A DNA stretch of 32,000 nt from Escherichia coli (GTDB lineage: Bacteria > Pseudomonadota > Gammaproteobacteria > Enterobacterales > Enterobacteriaceae): assembly GCF_034119765.1 (NCBI RefSeq), contig NZ_CP139339.1; one strand, written 5' to 3'. The position numbers were made by a program, and so were the translations under genes. This document shows, in pieces, positions 8,488-17,063 of the stretch; the first letter of the stretch is position 1, and each line of letters begins with the position of its first letter. Below the pieces are notes generated by a model that worked only from the letters and a program-made list of their open reading frames with translations, ran no database searches and was not told where the DNA came from.

Positions 8488-10929
8488 TCAATCATCACTC
8501 TGCCCGCTCTCCACACCGTAAGCACGGGGCATGAACTCCTCAGCCTTCTCGTTATAGCCAACGTTGGTTTGCGCTCTGCCGTTAATGCTTCTCGTCAGGT
8601 AGCTGGCTCGGTACTCTTTTGCTGCTGATTTTATGGCGCGTGAAAACTTATTGACGGAAAGCGGTTTACCCAAACCGTGATACTCCATAAACGCCAGATA
8701 AAGATGATAAAGATACGTCCTCGGCTCTGGCTGGCCTGCCCATGTACCTCCGCCCATCATCATGCCTTTGGGTTCGTTCATGAAAAAAAGCGCCGCACAC
8801 ATATCGACAACCGGATCCGTGCCGCGTTTAACCTCTAGCGCCTCCTGCGAATCGCGCTGCTCTAGTAATAGTGCTTTTGCTTTGTTCTGGTCGGCAAAGG
8901 TGGTTAGCAGGTGGCGGATAATCACCGGGATTTCTCGCCTGATTTTTGCTGTTAAATCCGGGTCTTTGTCTGCGTCTGATACCGGGTTATTAAACGGGAA
9001 TATCACGCGGCGGCGGGCAATGCCCCCGTTTCGCTCCGTGAATGTCATCGGCTCGTTATTGGTTGCCATAACAACGGCATTTATCACGGTTGTGAACTGC
9101 TTTTCATATTTCCCATCAATCTCTACCGGATCGCCGCCCGTAATGGCTTTAATCCCCGCACCCTCTCCAACATAGCGGGTCTGGTCAGGCATAATAATCA
9201 GGCTTTTTCCTACGAACTGCGCCCGTCCCCGTGCGGTGTCCAGCGTCATCATGCTACCGCTGGCGGTGTTGTGTTCACCTGCCAGCGTGGTTGCTATGCT
9301 GCTGAATACGGATTTCCCACTGCCGCCTTCGCCAGTTATCTCAATGAATAGCTGCCAGTCGTGACGCTTCGCCAGCACCATAAACAAGGCTGCTTTGATA
9401 CGCTCGGCCTTATGATGGTCGCCAGCCGTTGCATGATTCAGCCAACGGGTAAAATTGGGGGCGCTGGTGGTAATATTTTCCCCCGGCGCTGGCGGGGTGT
9501 AGGTGATCCCATTGTGGTTCATCAGCCAGTTACCCGGCGAATGGGCGGAAAACGTCTGCGTGGCGAGGTCATAAACGCCGTTATCAAAACCAATCAGATC
9601 CCCGCTCCGCTCACCAATTACCGGTATTTGCAGCTTCATGGTTGCGACAACCGATTTAATCCCCTTTTCGGTGTAGTGGGCTTCGTGCTCGTCGAAAATT
9701 GCCACCATAACCCTTTCTAATTCACTGTCTGGTAGCTTCTCCCATACGCCAGATTCGTAACAGTAAACAGCGCCACTATCAGGGTTGACCGCCAACATAT
9801 CCCAGCGAGATGAAAGCAACCGCGCTTTCTGGCTGGCTGCCATTTGTGCAATATCTCCGACTTCGGCTTTACGGCGGGATTTACCGCCCGCAATGGCCTG
9901 TAGTTGTGGTTTCACGGCTTCCCCCTGAATCTGGTACATCGAATCGTTAAACGCAGCCGTAGCGACTTCCAGCCCGTTTTGCTGGCGGTAGTCGTCCCAG
10001 TCGGCTTTGTAGTCTGTCGGCGGCAGCGCCACCCAGCCAGCCACGGATAAGGCGGCTTTCTCTGCGGCATCTTTGCCCGTGTTCGCCTGTTCGTCCTGCT
10101 GGTGGTCGTTATCTGCGGCAATGATAATCTGCGTGGCTGGATATATCCGGCGCATCACTTCGGCAACGGGTAGCAGGTTGCCCGCGTCAATTGCTGCCAC
10201 TGCCAGCGCGTCCGGGCGCATCAGGTGAACTGAAAGGGCCGTCGCCAGCCCCTCGGCAATTAAAACGCTCTGCGGCGATTCTGGCGCGTTTACGGCGTGA
10301 TATGCCCCGCGCTTTGCTGAACCTGTCAGGAGTCGCTTCTCTCCCTGCGGTGTAATGGTTTGCGCTGCTGCCACTGCGCCGGATTCGTCCACCAGCTCCA
10401 GCAATAACGAACCATCCGGCATTACCGGATATTTAAACCCGGTCAGCCCTTTTGATTGCAGGTAATCAGATTCGCCCTGTGTGGCACTCTGGCGCATTCC
10501 GGCATACAGACGGGCAAACGTAGCCCTTCGCTGCTCTGCATCCTCTGCTGCCTGTTTCTGGCGCTCCTGCTCACGCTGCTGGCGGTCAGCTTCCAGTTGC
10601 TCTCTTCTATGGCTCGCTGCCACCGGGTCGGTTTGCGCTGCCCGGTAATCAATACCCAGCACATCAGCGGCAAGCCTCGCCGCTTCTGTGGTGTCGCAGT
10701 TGTTCACCTTCTTAATCAGGTCTAAACCGTCACCAGCGCCACACTGATTGCAGATAAAGCTACCGCGCCCGTTGTCGTCGAATCTGAAACGGTCTTTCCC
10801 ACCACATGCAGGGCATGGAGAATGGCGGCGCGATGAATCAGGCACGTCGATAGACAATCCAGCCAGCACATAAGGCCAGCGCCCGGCGGCGGCACTGGTC
10901 ACTTCGCGGATAAGGTCGATATTACGCAT
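8488..10929 (-). CDS. P4 alpha-type primase-helicase
   Basis: Zinc-binding CPACGGKDRFRFDDNGRGSFICNQC, Toprim-like LLPVAEVMRRIYPATQIIIAADND, and a D5/SF3 helicase with Walker A GEGGSGKSVF and MATNNEP. The start at 10929 (MRNIDLIREV) fits the operon better than 10986. Confidence 0.9.
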   Translation of the reverse strand: MRNIDLIREVTSAAAGRWPYVLAGLSIDVPDSSRRHSPCPACGGKDRFRFDDNGRGSFICNQCGAGDGLDLIKKVNNCDTTEAARLAADVLGIDYRAAQTDPVAASHRREQLEADRQQREQERQKQAAEDAEQRRATFARLYAGMRQSATQGESDYLQSKGLTGFKYPVMPDGSLLLELVDESGAVAAAQTITPQGEKRLLTGSAKRGAYHAVNAPESPQSVLIAEGLATALSVHLMRPDALAVAAIDAGNLLPVAEVMRRIYPATQIIIAADNDHQQDEQANTGKDAAEKAALSVAGWVALPPTDYKADWDDYRQQNGLEVATAAFNDSMYQIQGEAVKPQLQAIAGGKSRRKAEVGDIAQMAASQKARLLSSRWDMLAVNPDSGAVYCYESGVWEKLPDSELERVMVAIFDEHEAHYTEKGIKSVVATMKLQIPVIGERSGDLIGFDNGVYDLATQTFSAHSPGNWLMNHNGITYTPPAPGENITTSAPNFTRWLNHATAGDHHKAERIKAALFMVLAKRHDWQLFIEITGEGGSGKSVFSSIATTLAGEHNTASGSMMTLDTARGRAQFVGKSLIIMPDQTRYVGEGAGIKAITGGDPVEIDGKYEKQFTTVINAVVMATNNEPMTFTERNGGIARRRVIFPFNNPVSDADKDPDLTAKIRREIPVIIRHLLTTFADQNKAKALLLEQRDSQEALEVKRGTDPVVDMCAALFFMNEPKGMMMGGGTWAGQPEPRTYLYHLYLAFMEYHGLGKPLSVNKFSRAIKSAAKEYRASYLTRSINGRAQTNVGYNEKAEEFMPRAYGVESGQSDD

Positions 10930-11263
10930 GGTTGCCCCCTGCCACGGTCGCGCCCATGTCTTTAACCATGCTTTGCCATATCTCACGCCCGACGTCAGTC
11001 AATCCGTCATTAGTGACGCAACGATCAAGAAGCTCTATCCCCACGGTTTCCCACTGCGGGTAGGACACTTTCATGGCTGCCAGTGTGTAGCTATCGATCA
11101 GGCTGCGAACGCCTTTTACTCCATTGACGATTTCCACACGGACGGCGAGGCCGTCCGCATCAACCATGAAATAGTCCCCGCCGCTGGTGGAGGTAATGTG
11201 GTTATACAGTGCCGACGCATACTTATTCGCCAGCGCATTCAGTCGGAAATTTTTAGTAATCAT
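10922..11263 (-). CDS. Hypothetical protein (113 aa)
   Basis: ORF with overlap into the primase start, same strand as the operon. Confidence 0.6.
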   Translation of the reverse strand: MITKNFRLNALANKYASALYNHITSTSGGDYFMVDADGLAVRVEIVNGVKGVRSLIDSYTLAAMKVSYPQWETVGIELLDRCVTNDGLTDVGREIWQSMVKDMGATVAGGNHA

Positions 11264-11272
11264 GTCGCCCCC

Positions 11273-11899
11273 TCAGTGCGGCAGCGGCATTTCAGGCCAG
11301 CCGTTTTCATCCAGTTCAGCTATAAAGCTGTTGTGAAGTTCAGCAAGCGTTTCACGCCCGAACGGGGTCAACTCGCCCCGCTCCGTGTCGATCATGGCCT
11401 GATAAAAAACAATGGCGTTCGCTGTTCCCTGCTCAATGCCGTAGCGCTCAACCATTGCGCCCTCCATGTTGTTAGCCATCGCCAGACGTTCCGCGAACGG
11501 GTAAACCACAATCCCCGCCGTGCCATTGGAGTAAATCGCCACCTGCGATGAAGTGCCGTCAGACTCAGTTACCGTGGTTGTGCCGTTTTCGCGCTTCATC
11601 TCAGAAATGAACGTCGCAGCAATCAGCCAGCGCCACATAGTGACGTTATGCTGCGCGGTGAAGTCGAACCAGCCACGCGCCCCGCCATCAGCAACGGCAA
11701 AATGAATGGCGTATCCGATATCTGGCTTATCGTCGTACTCTCCGGCGTCAAGGCCGTTCACGGCGCTCTCGTAGCTGATAAGAGCAACCTGCTCATATCC
11801 CCCGGCATCATTGCGGGTCATGATATTGACGCCGTGCGGTGTGGCTTCGGCGTGTAATAAGTCGGCATTTCCCGATTTAATGGTCGGTGCGTTGCTCAT
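11273..11899 (-). CDS. Hypothetical satellite/phage protein (208 aa)
   Basis: Intact ORF in the early operon, 4-bp overlap with the upstream gene. Confidence 0.65.
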   Translation of the reverse strand: MSNAPTIKSGNADLLHAEATPHGVNIMTRNDAGGYEQVALISYESAVNGLDAGEYDDKPDIGYAIHFAVADGGARGWFDFTAQHNVTMWRWLIAATFISEMKRENGTTTVTESDGTSSQVAIYSNGTAGIVVYPFAERLAMANNMEGAMVERYGIEQGTANAIVFYQAMIDTERGELTPFGRETLAELHNSFIAELDENGWPEMPLPH

Positions 11900-12159
11900 G
11901 CGCTGCCCTCCGCATCAATCAGGGTGGCATCGACAATAGCCAAAACCTTCATCAGCCAGCACTGGACGGCTGCTGTTTGCTCTGCGTCCATGTGCGGGGC
12001 TAATTCGGTCATAACGTGAGCCAGCCCATTGCGGGCGCGGGTCATGCGTTCTGCCGTTCGGTCTGCCAGCGTAAAATCATCCGGGTAAGCCTGCTCGCGG
12101 GATAACATCGCTTCGGCTTCCAGCTCTGCCGGGTGGCGATAGATGGTAGTTATGTTCAT
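11896..12159 (-). CDS. Hypothetical protein (87 aa)
   Basis: ORF with 4-bp overlaps on both sides. Confidence 0.6.
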   Translation of the reverse strand: MNITTIYRHPAELEAEAMLSREQAYPDDFTLADRTAERMTRARNGLAHVMTELAPHMDAEQTAAVQCWLMKVLAIVDATLIDAEGSA

Positions 12160-12335
12160 GCTGCCACCTCACGAATGCGGGTAATCTGGATGTGGGAAAG
12201 GCGTTCATTTCTGGCCTGATTTAGCGCCTCAGCTTTGGCGCTGATCGCGCTGCGGGCGTCAACGATATAAACGAACTCGACTAATTCGCCGCTCCGGGCG
12301 GTGGCGCATCCTGCAACACGGAAGTAATTAAGCAT
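12156..12335 (-). CDS. Small hypothetical protein (59 aa) downstream of the Icd-like gene
   Basis: MLNYFRVAGCATARSGELVEFVYIVDARSAISAKAEALNQ... The start at 12335 overlaps the Icd-like stop by 8 bp. Confidence 0.55.
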   Translation of the reverse strand: MLNYFRVAGCATARSGELVEFVYIVDARSAISAKAEALNQARNERLSHIQITRIREVAA

Positions 12336-13077
12336 GTGCGCCCCCTGTGCGAATACGTCCGGCAAAAAAGCAAACGTGATCCCGCGCCAGAATGCGGCGG
12401 GCTTCCTGCTCAGTCTCTGCGGCGATATGGTGAATTTTGGCGGTAATTGTCGGCATATCGCGGCGAACTGCTGCGATAATCCAGATAAATTGCGGTTTTT
12501 GGGTAGGGGTAGTAGCCAGCATAGCGGCAGCCTCTGATTCATGGTTTTGAGAACCACCACCGGAAACGCCAATTTCGCTGGTGGTGAACTGTACAGGGTT
12601 GGCGTAACCGGGAATCAGAGAAACCGGCGCGGATTGCTCCGCCCCCATACAGTCCACCATTGAACAGGTGTAACTGCGCGGCACAAAAAAACACGCATGG
12701 CGCGTGTTGTGCGCTCTGATAATTACCGGGACGCCAATCCCGACACCAGATTTTGCTGGTGCGCTATAACCATAAACCGGGTTGGCGATAGTCGGCAAGC
12801 TCTTTTTTATGGACTCCGAAAACTCACCTTCTCGCGTAACGACCCCTAGTAAATCTTCCAGCGCACGCGTATTTGTCGCGAAAGTCGATGTGGAACGGTT
12901 CACAACGGTAGCAATCCAGTTCATACCACCAGCCAGCAGGGGGAATTTATTCCCCACAATCAGCTTTTTAGAGGTGATTATTTCTTGGTTTAAAATGTCA
13001 TCATTTGTCGTCATTCCCCGTGCGTGGATGTCAGGTTTTGACAGGTTCAGGCTAAGTTTTGCTAAGTCCTTAGCCAT
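12328..13077 (-). CDS. Host cell division inhibitor Icd-like / Ash-family protein (start uncertain)
   Basis: C-terminal segment SLIPGYANPVQFTTSEIGVSGGGSQNHESEAAAML...ARDHVCFFAGRIRTGG is typical of Icd-like/Ash proteins. The start at 13248 would overlap the DUF4222-like ORF by 62 bp, so 13077 is preferred. Confidence 0.65.
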   Translation of the reverse strand: MAKDLAKLSLNLSKPDIHARGMTTNDDILNQEIITSKKLIVGNKFPLLAGGMNWIATVVNRSTSTFATNTRALEDLLGVVTREGEFSESIKKSLPTIANPVYGYSAPAKSGVGIGVPVIIRAHNTRHACFFVPRSYTCSMVDCMGAEQSAPVSLIPGYANPVQFTTSEIGVSGGGSQNHESEAAAMLATTPTQKPQFIWIIAAVRRDMPTITAKIHHIAAETEQEARRILARDHVCFFAGRIRTGGAHA

Positions 13078-13186
13078 AACAATTGATAACAGGTAATCGT
13101 TCACGACCTTAGGTTTTATAAGGTTCTGAGGGTTAACATTTGTTAACAGGCTAGCCAGATTAAAGGCTTCTTTCTGGGCGGCAGGT

Positions 13187-13369
13187 TCATTCAGTATCAC
13201 GGCGCACCTCCACGAACTCATTAACGAATCTCTCCAAAGGCTGAACACATGGCGACTGATAGCCCTCGCGGTAAAAGGTCACTCGGTTATGCTCGACGCG
13301 CTGTACGGTCACTACAGCCCCGTGACTGTCCTTGTAACGGCTTCCCGGCATCGGATTATGGTTACGCAT
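13187..13369 (-). CDS. DUF4222-like small phage protein (60 aa)
   Basis: MRNHNPMPGSRYKDSHGAVVTVQRVEHNRVTFYREGYQSPCVQPLERFVNEF resembles small lambdoid DUF4222 proteins. Confidence 0.6.
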   Translation of the reverse strand: MRNHNPMPGSRYKDSHGAVVTVQRVEHNRVTFYREGYQSPCVQPLERFVNEFVEVRRDTE

Positions 13370-14195
13370 GGTTTACCTCCAGACGTTTAGCGAGCCAGCG
13401 TTGCGACAGGCGGGTGAGTTCTCCTTTGCGCTGCTCATATTCCATGCCCATATCAATTAACGTGATATTGGTGCTTTCGAGATAGGCGAGGTGTTCAAGC
13501 TGTGCTGCGTTCATGCTGTCCCGTGGTTCGCCAGTAATGCCATTTGCCTGCGCCCACTGCTTCGCCGTCATGCCACCCAGCACGATACGGGCGATCATGT
13601 TGCTCTCGTTGCTGTAGTGGCGAGCCTGCGTCTGTTTACCCTGTTCTGCGCGGGCGCTTTCCAGCGCTACGCACATCGGTTTAAACAGGTTGGCGGCACT
13701 GATACGGGCTTTTAGCTGGCGACGATAGCGGGCGGCAATTTCAGGCACGCTACGCTGTAATTCTTCCTCGCACTGGATGAAATAACGACGGATAGCACGC
13801 CCCTGATCATTGCGTTCGATCATTGCCAGTTCTTTCGCCATTCCGACACTTAACAGATAGTCTTTGCCGGGTCTGCCTGAGTGCTTAATCTTGCTGTAAG
13901 CCGCGCCATTCGGGCTTTTCCCCAAATTTGGGGAAATAGTTTTATGTACTGAGTAATCGTGCCCAATGGTGAAGTCATATTCAGAGATGCGATCAGTGAT
14001 CCATGTAGAGAAGTCTTTTCCCACGCCCAACGCTTTGTGTAACGCTTTTGCGCTAACAATATTGGTTTCACGCCCACCGATATGACCAGGAATAACCGGG
14101 ACAATTGTGGCAAATTCATTACCGTTAATTGTGCCCTGATAGGCGTTCAGATGAGGGGCGGCCTCAGAAATTAATCTGCTTTTTTCGATGTTCAT
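13362..14195 (-). CDS. AntA/AntB-type antirepressor
   Basis: 277 aa. VSAKALHKALGVGKDFSTWITDRISEYDFTIGHDY...GRPGKDYLLSVGMAKELAMIERNDQGRAIRRYFIQCEEEL matches phage antirepressor motifs. Confidence 0.85.
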   Translation of the reverse strand: MNIEKSRLISEAAPHLNAYQGTINGNEFATIVPVIPGHIGGRETNIVSAKALHKALGVGKDFSTWITDRISEYDFTIGHDYSVHKTISPNLGKSPNGAAYSKIKHSGRPGKDYLLSVGMAKELAMIERNDQGRAIRRYFIQCEEELQRSVPEIAARYRRQLKARISAANLFKPMCVALESARAEQGKQTQARHYSNESNMIARIVLGGMTAKQWAQANGITGEPRDSMNAAQLEHLAYLESTNITLIDMGMEYEQRKGELTRLSQRWLAKRLEVNHA

Positions 14196-14207
14196 TTTCA
14201 GTCTCCG

Positions 14208-14639
14208 TTAGGCGGCGGTGAGATTGTCCGGGTATAGGTTGAGAATGTCGGCAATTTCAGGCTGAGAAAGTCCCTGATAGCCGCCAGCGTCGGCGTTATG
14301 GTTCACAAGCCGAATAACTTTTAGAACGTCACCGCGCCCGGTAAAGCGATAGCGTAAATGTGACCCTATCCCGTCGGGGTTCTTTTCGTCTATACGCTCA
14401 AGCTGAATATCAAGCCTGCGCTCTAACTCGCTGGCGTAGTTCCTTCCAGACGAAAGGCGGCAATAACGCAGAATATCGTTTTCTGTCCATCCCTCTATAC
14501 CAGTACGCAGCATATAGACGCGGGCGCGGTGTTTCTTTGGGGTACGCCTAGGTACTTGTACCGGGCTGGTGGTCGGCGTAATATCAGACGTGCGAATATC
14601 TGAGTTAGCCGCCTGTAATGGGCGGTTTTTCTTTTCCAT
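14208..14639 (-). CDS. Hypothetical DNA-binding-like protein (143 aa)
   Basis: ORF between alpA and ant. It has a basic N-terminus and a helix-turn-helix-like C-terminus (GLSQPEIADILNLYPDNL). Confidence 0.6.
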   Translation of the reverse strand: MEKKNRPLQAANSDIRTSDITPTTSPVQVPRRTPKKHRARVYMLRTGIEGWTENDILRYCRLSSGRNYASELERRLDIQLERIDEKNPDGIGSHLRYRFTGRGDVLKVIRLVNHNADAGGYQGLSQPEIADILNLYPDNLTAA

Positions 14640-14842
14640 CAGGCCACCTCGTCTCTAGATTCTAATATACACTTCTCAATCCATTCATCTATTTCAGACT
14701 CAACAAAAGCAATTGCCCGACTTCCAATTTTTACCTGTTTAGGGAACCTCCCCTGACTAATAAGACGATAAATCCATGCTTTGCTATAACCAGTTCGCCT
14801 TTGAACTTCAGAGAGACGAATTAATGAATTGTAATTAGCCAT
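14639..14842 (-). CDS. AlpA-family transcriptional regulator
   Basis: 67 aa. LIRLSEVQRRTGYSKAWIYRLISQGRFPKQVKIGSRAIAFVESEIDEWI is the AlpA/MerR-like signature. Confidence 0.92.
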   Translation of the reverse strand: MANYNSLIRLSEVQRRTGYSKAWIYRLISQGRFPKQVKIGSRAIAFVESEIDEWIEKCILESRDEVA

Positions 14843-15493
14843 TTATTAATATCCTGTACTAATGACGCAATAACCCCCTCCTGCAACGAATGGCGAGAGT
14901 TTTATTTGCGTCAAATGTCGAATACGCCAAAGACCACAATATGAAAAACATATTGCGGTCTTTTATAAAAGATAGTCAGATTGTTTTGGTTTGTTTGCTC
15001 CACAAGGGTAGAGCTACCCTGCATTTCGGCAGGATCACGCTATTAGGCGTGACATCCAGTAGTTTTAAAGAACGCCCTTTTTCAGGGCATGGTGGGCAGG
15101 CAAGAGAGCAATTGCGCTTTGTCAGCGCCGTAGATTCATATTTGAATCATTGTATGTTTCCCGATAGAAATCTATCGGTCACTGCGGGACGAACCATCCC
15201 GCCCACATCAATGTTAAAGAGCAATTGCGCTTTGTCAGCGCTCCGCAGCCTCATGGATGAATCATTACATGCATTGTAAAGGTGCATGTATCCCTATTCT
15301 TTCCTGCATCAGGAAAGCACCAAAGGCTGTTAAAGAGCATCCAGCTTTTCAGCTGCGTAGAAGATTCCATCTTCGTTGTTAAAAGAGCAATTGCCCTTCT
15401 CCATGGCTAACTGTTAAATAGCAATCCTCTGTGAGTTTTTATCAATCTACTCCCTTATACTTTAGTAAACCTCTGTATACTTGTCCAGTTGTT
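14843..15493 (-). promoter_or_regulatory. Untranslated leader / candidate immunity-antitermination region
   Basis: No supported ORF. Exact 23-bp direct repeat at 15105-15127 and 15218-15240, further TGTTAAA(A)GAGCA copies at 15328 and 15377, and serial short hairpins, upstream of alpA. Confidence 0.5.
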
Positions 15494-16708
15494 TCATGCG
15501 TGTTTTTCAAACACCATATGCACCACATTTCCGCCATGCTCGAGAGAATCCATATAGACGGCATACCATTGAAGCATCTCCCGCCTTCCATCCAGATATT
15601 GCGCATGGTTGTATGTGCCACGAATTGAGTTCTTATCAACGTGAGCGAGCTGCGTTTCTATCCACGCAGTGTTATAGCCCTGCTCATGCAAAATCGTACT
15701 CATAGTGTGCCGGAACCCATGACCAGTTACACGTCCAGCGTAGCCAATGCGCTTAAACACTTGGTTTATGCTGGCCTCGCTCATTGTTTTCCTTGGATCA
15801 TTGCGCCCGGGAAACATAAGAGGGTAATTGCCTGTTATTTCTCTAATCTTCCCAATAAGCGAAAGAGCCTGCTCAGACAATGGCACAATATGAGGCCGCC
15901 GCATTTTCATACGTGAAGCGGGTATCTCCCAGATAGCCTTGTTGAAATCAATTTCATCCCATAATGCGCCACGTAGTTCGCCAGTCCGCAAGCCGGTGAT
16001 AATCAGTAGACGAGCCGCCATAACAACCAATGCGCTTCCTGAGTAACTGGACAATGCCTTGAAAAAATCAGGTAATTCTTTGGCTGTAAGGAAAGGGTAA
16101 TGATTAGATTCATGACCTTGCATCGCGCTAGTAAGGTCTGGTGCAGGGTTATACTCTGCGCGACCAGTGACTATTGCATAGCGGAAAACTTCCCCGCACC
16201 GTTGCCTCACTTTTTTGGCTTTTTCTGTAGCACCGCGCCCCTCGATGCGACGCAGCACATTCAGAAGTTCAAGTGGTTTGATTTCGGCGATGGTTTTTTT
16301 GCCAATGTAAGGGAACACATCTTTGTTGAAGGCTTCGAGGATGTCTGAAGCATAACCAGCAGACCATTTTTTTAATTTGCTGCTGTGCCACTCAAGGGCA
16401 ATATCTTTGAAGGTGTTGTTTAACTGCGTTTCCCGGGCAATCTTTTCCTCTCGTTTCGCTTCCATCGGATCGATACCACCAGCGATACCTCTTTTCGCAT
16501 CTTCACGTTTTGCCCGAGCATCGGCTAGAGTAACCTCAGGATACACACCTAGTGCCAATAGCTTCTCTTTACCAGCTACACGATATTTAAGTCGCCAGTA
16601 TTTACCTCCATTAGGTTTTACCAAGAGATACAAACCGCCACCATCGGCCAGCTTGTAAGCCTTCTCTTTTGGCTTGGCTGTGTCTATTTGACGGGCATTG
16701 AGTTTCAC
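15494..16708 (-). CDS. P4-type tyrosine recombinase / integrase
   Basis: 404 aa. DUF4102-like N-terminus (ARQIDTAKPKEKAYKLADGGGLYLLVKPNGGKYWRLKYR). Catalytic residues in TGLRTGELRGALWDE, HGFRHTMSTILHEQG and RGTYNHAQY. Confidence 0.95.
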   Translation of the reverse strand: MKLNARQIDTAKPKEKAYKLADGGGLYLLVKPNGGKYWRLKYRVAGKEKLLALGVYPEVTLADARAKREDAKRGIAGGIDPMEAKREEKIARETQLNNTFKDIALEWHSSKLKKWSAGYASDILEAFNKDVFPYIGKKTIAEIKPLELLNVLRRIEGRGATEKAKKVRQRCGEVFRYAIVTGRAEYNPAPDLTSAMQGHESNHYPFLTAKELPDFFKALSSYSGSALVVMAARLLIITGLRTGELRGALWDEIDFNKAIWEIPASRMKMRRPHIVPLSEQALSLIGKIREITGNYPLMFPGRNDPRKTMSEASINQVFKRIGYAGRVTGHGFRHTMSTILHEQGYNTAWIETQLAHVDKNSIRGTYNHAQYLDGRREMLQWYAVYMDSLEHGGNVVHMVFEKHA

Positions 16709-16710
16709 TT

Positions 16711-16761
16711 GGGGGTACCTCCACTAAACCGAACAGCAAATACCCCCATAAGTACCCCCAT
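16711..16761. promoter_or_regulatory. Candidate integrase arm-type sites, right end, upstream of int
   Basis: TACCCCCATAAGTACCCCCAT at 16741-16761 with 12-bp spacing, plus an inverted GGGGGTA at 16711-16717 beside the int start codon. Confidence 0.5.
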
Positions 16762-16871
16762 CTGACCGTAGATTTTGAGGGACTTTAGTAGACGTCAAAA
16801 GACGAACGGGGCTTTAATACGCGGATTATAAGGGGTTTTGAAAGACTTTAGTAGACTTGGGGAGATGTTTG

Positions 16872-16890
16872 AATGGTGCCGATAATAGGA
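16872..16890. repeat. int-proximal att core overlapping the thrW 3' end
   Basis: AATGGTGCCGATAATAGGA, duplicated at 4708-4725. Confidence 0.82.
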
Positions 16891-16949
16891 GTCGAACCTA
16901 CGACCTTCGCATTACGAATGCGCTGCTCTACCAACTGAGCTATATCGGC
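16874..16949 (-). tRNA. thrW: tRNA-Thr (CGU anticodon)
   Basis: Reverse complement GCCGATATAGCTCAGTTGGTAGAGCAGCGCATTCGTAATGCGAAGGTCGTAGGTTCGACTCCTATTATCGGCACCA folds as a tRNA, with CGT in the anticodon loop. Confidence 0.97.
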
Positions 16950-17063
16950 CCTGAAAGGACATGTTCACGAACGTGAATCACGGTGGACAAGGTTAAAACT
17001 AACCGGGCGATGCGTCAATGGCCTTGTGAATCAAATGGCTACTTTTGCATCACCCGGTTTTAT

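Larger units (their letters stand above)
4708..16890. mobile_element. P4-like / satellite-type integrative element inserted in thrW
   Basis: P4-type integrase next to the thrW 3' end. Near-identical att repeats (AATGGTGCGATAATAGGA / AATGGTGCCGATAATAGGA) at both ends. AlpA, antirepressor, Icd-like and P4 alpha-type primase genes lie between them. Confidence 0.88.

Noticed and set aside
12782-13096. 104-aa plus-strand ORF opposite the Icd-like gene
   Set aside because: Antisense to a better supported ORF, with no ribosome-binding site or family motifs.
14890-15279. 129-aa plus-strand ORF in the leader region
   Set aside because: Low-complexity translation of repeats and hairpins with no domain. 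The non-coding leader explanation fits better.
4791-16759. TACCCCC pairs as target duplications of a transposon
   Set aside because: They lie inside the tRNA-derived att cores and are internally duplicated at 12-bp spacing, which suits protein-binding sites.
16711-16861. IS or transposon remnant between int and thrW
   Set aside because: No transposase sequence or terminal inverted repeats. The repeats fit recombinase sites or promoter elements better.
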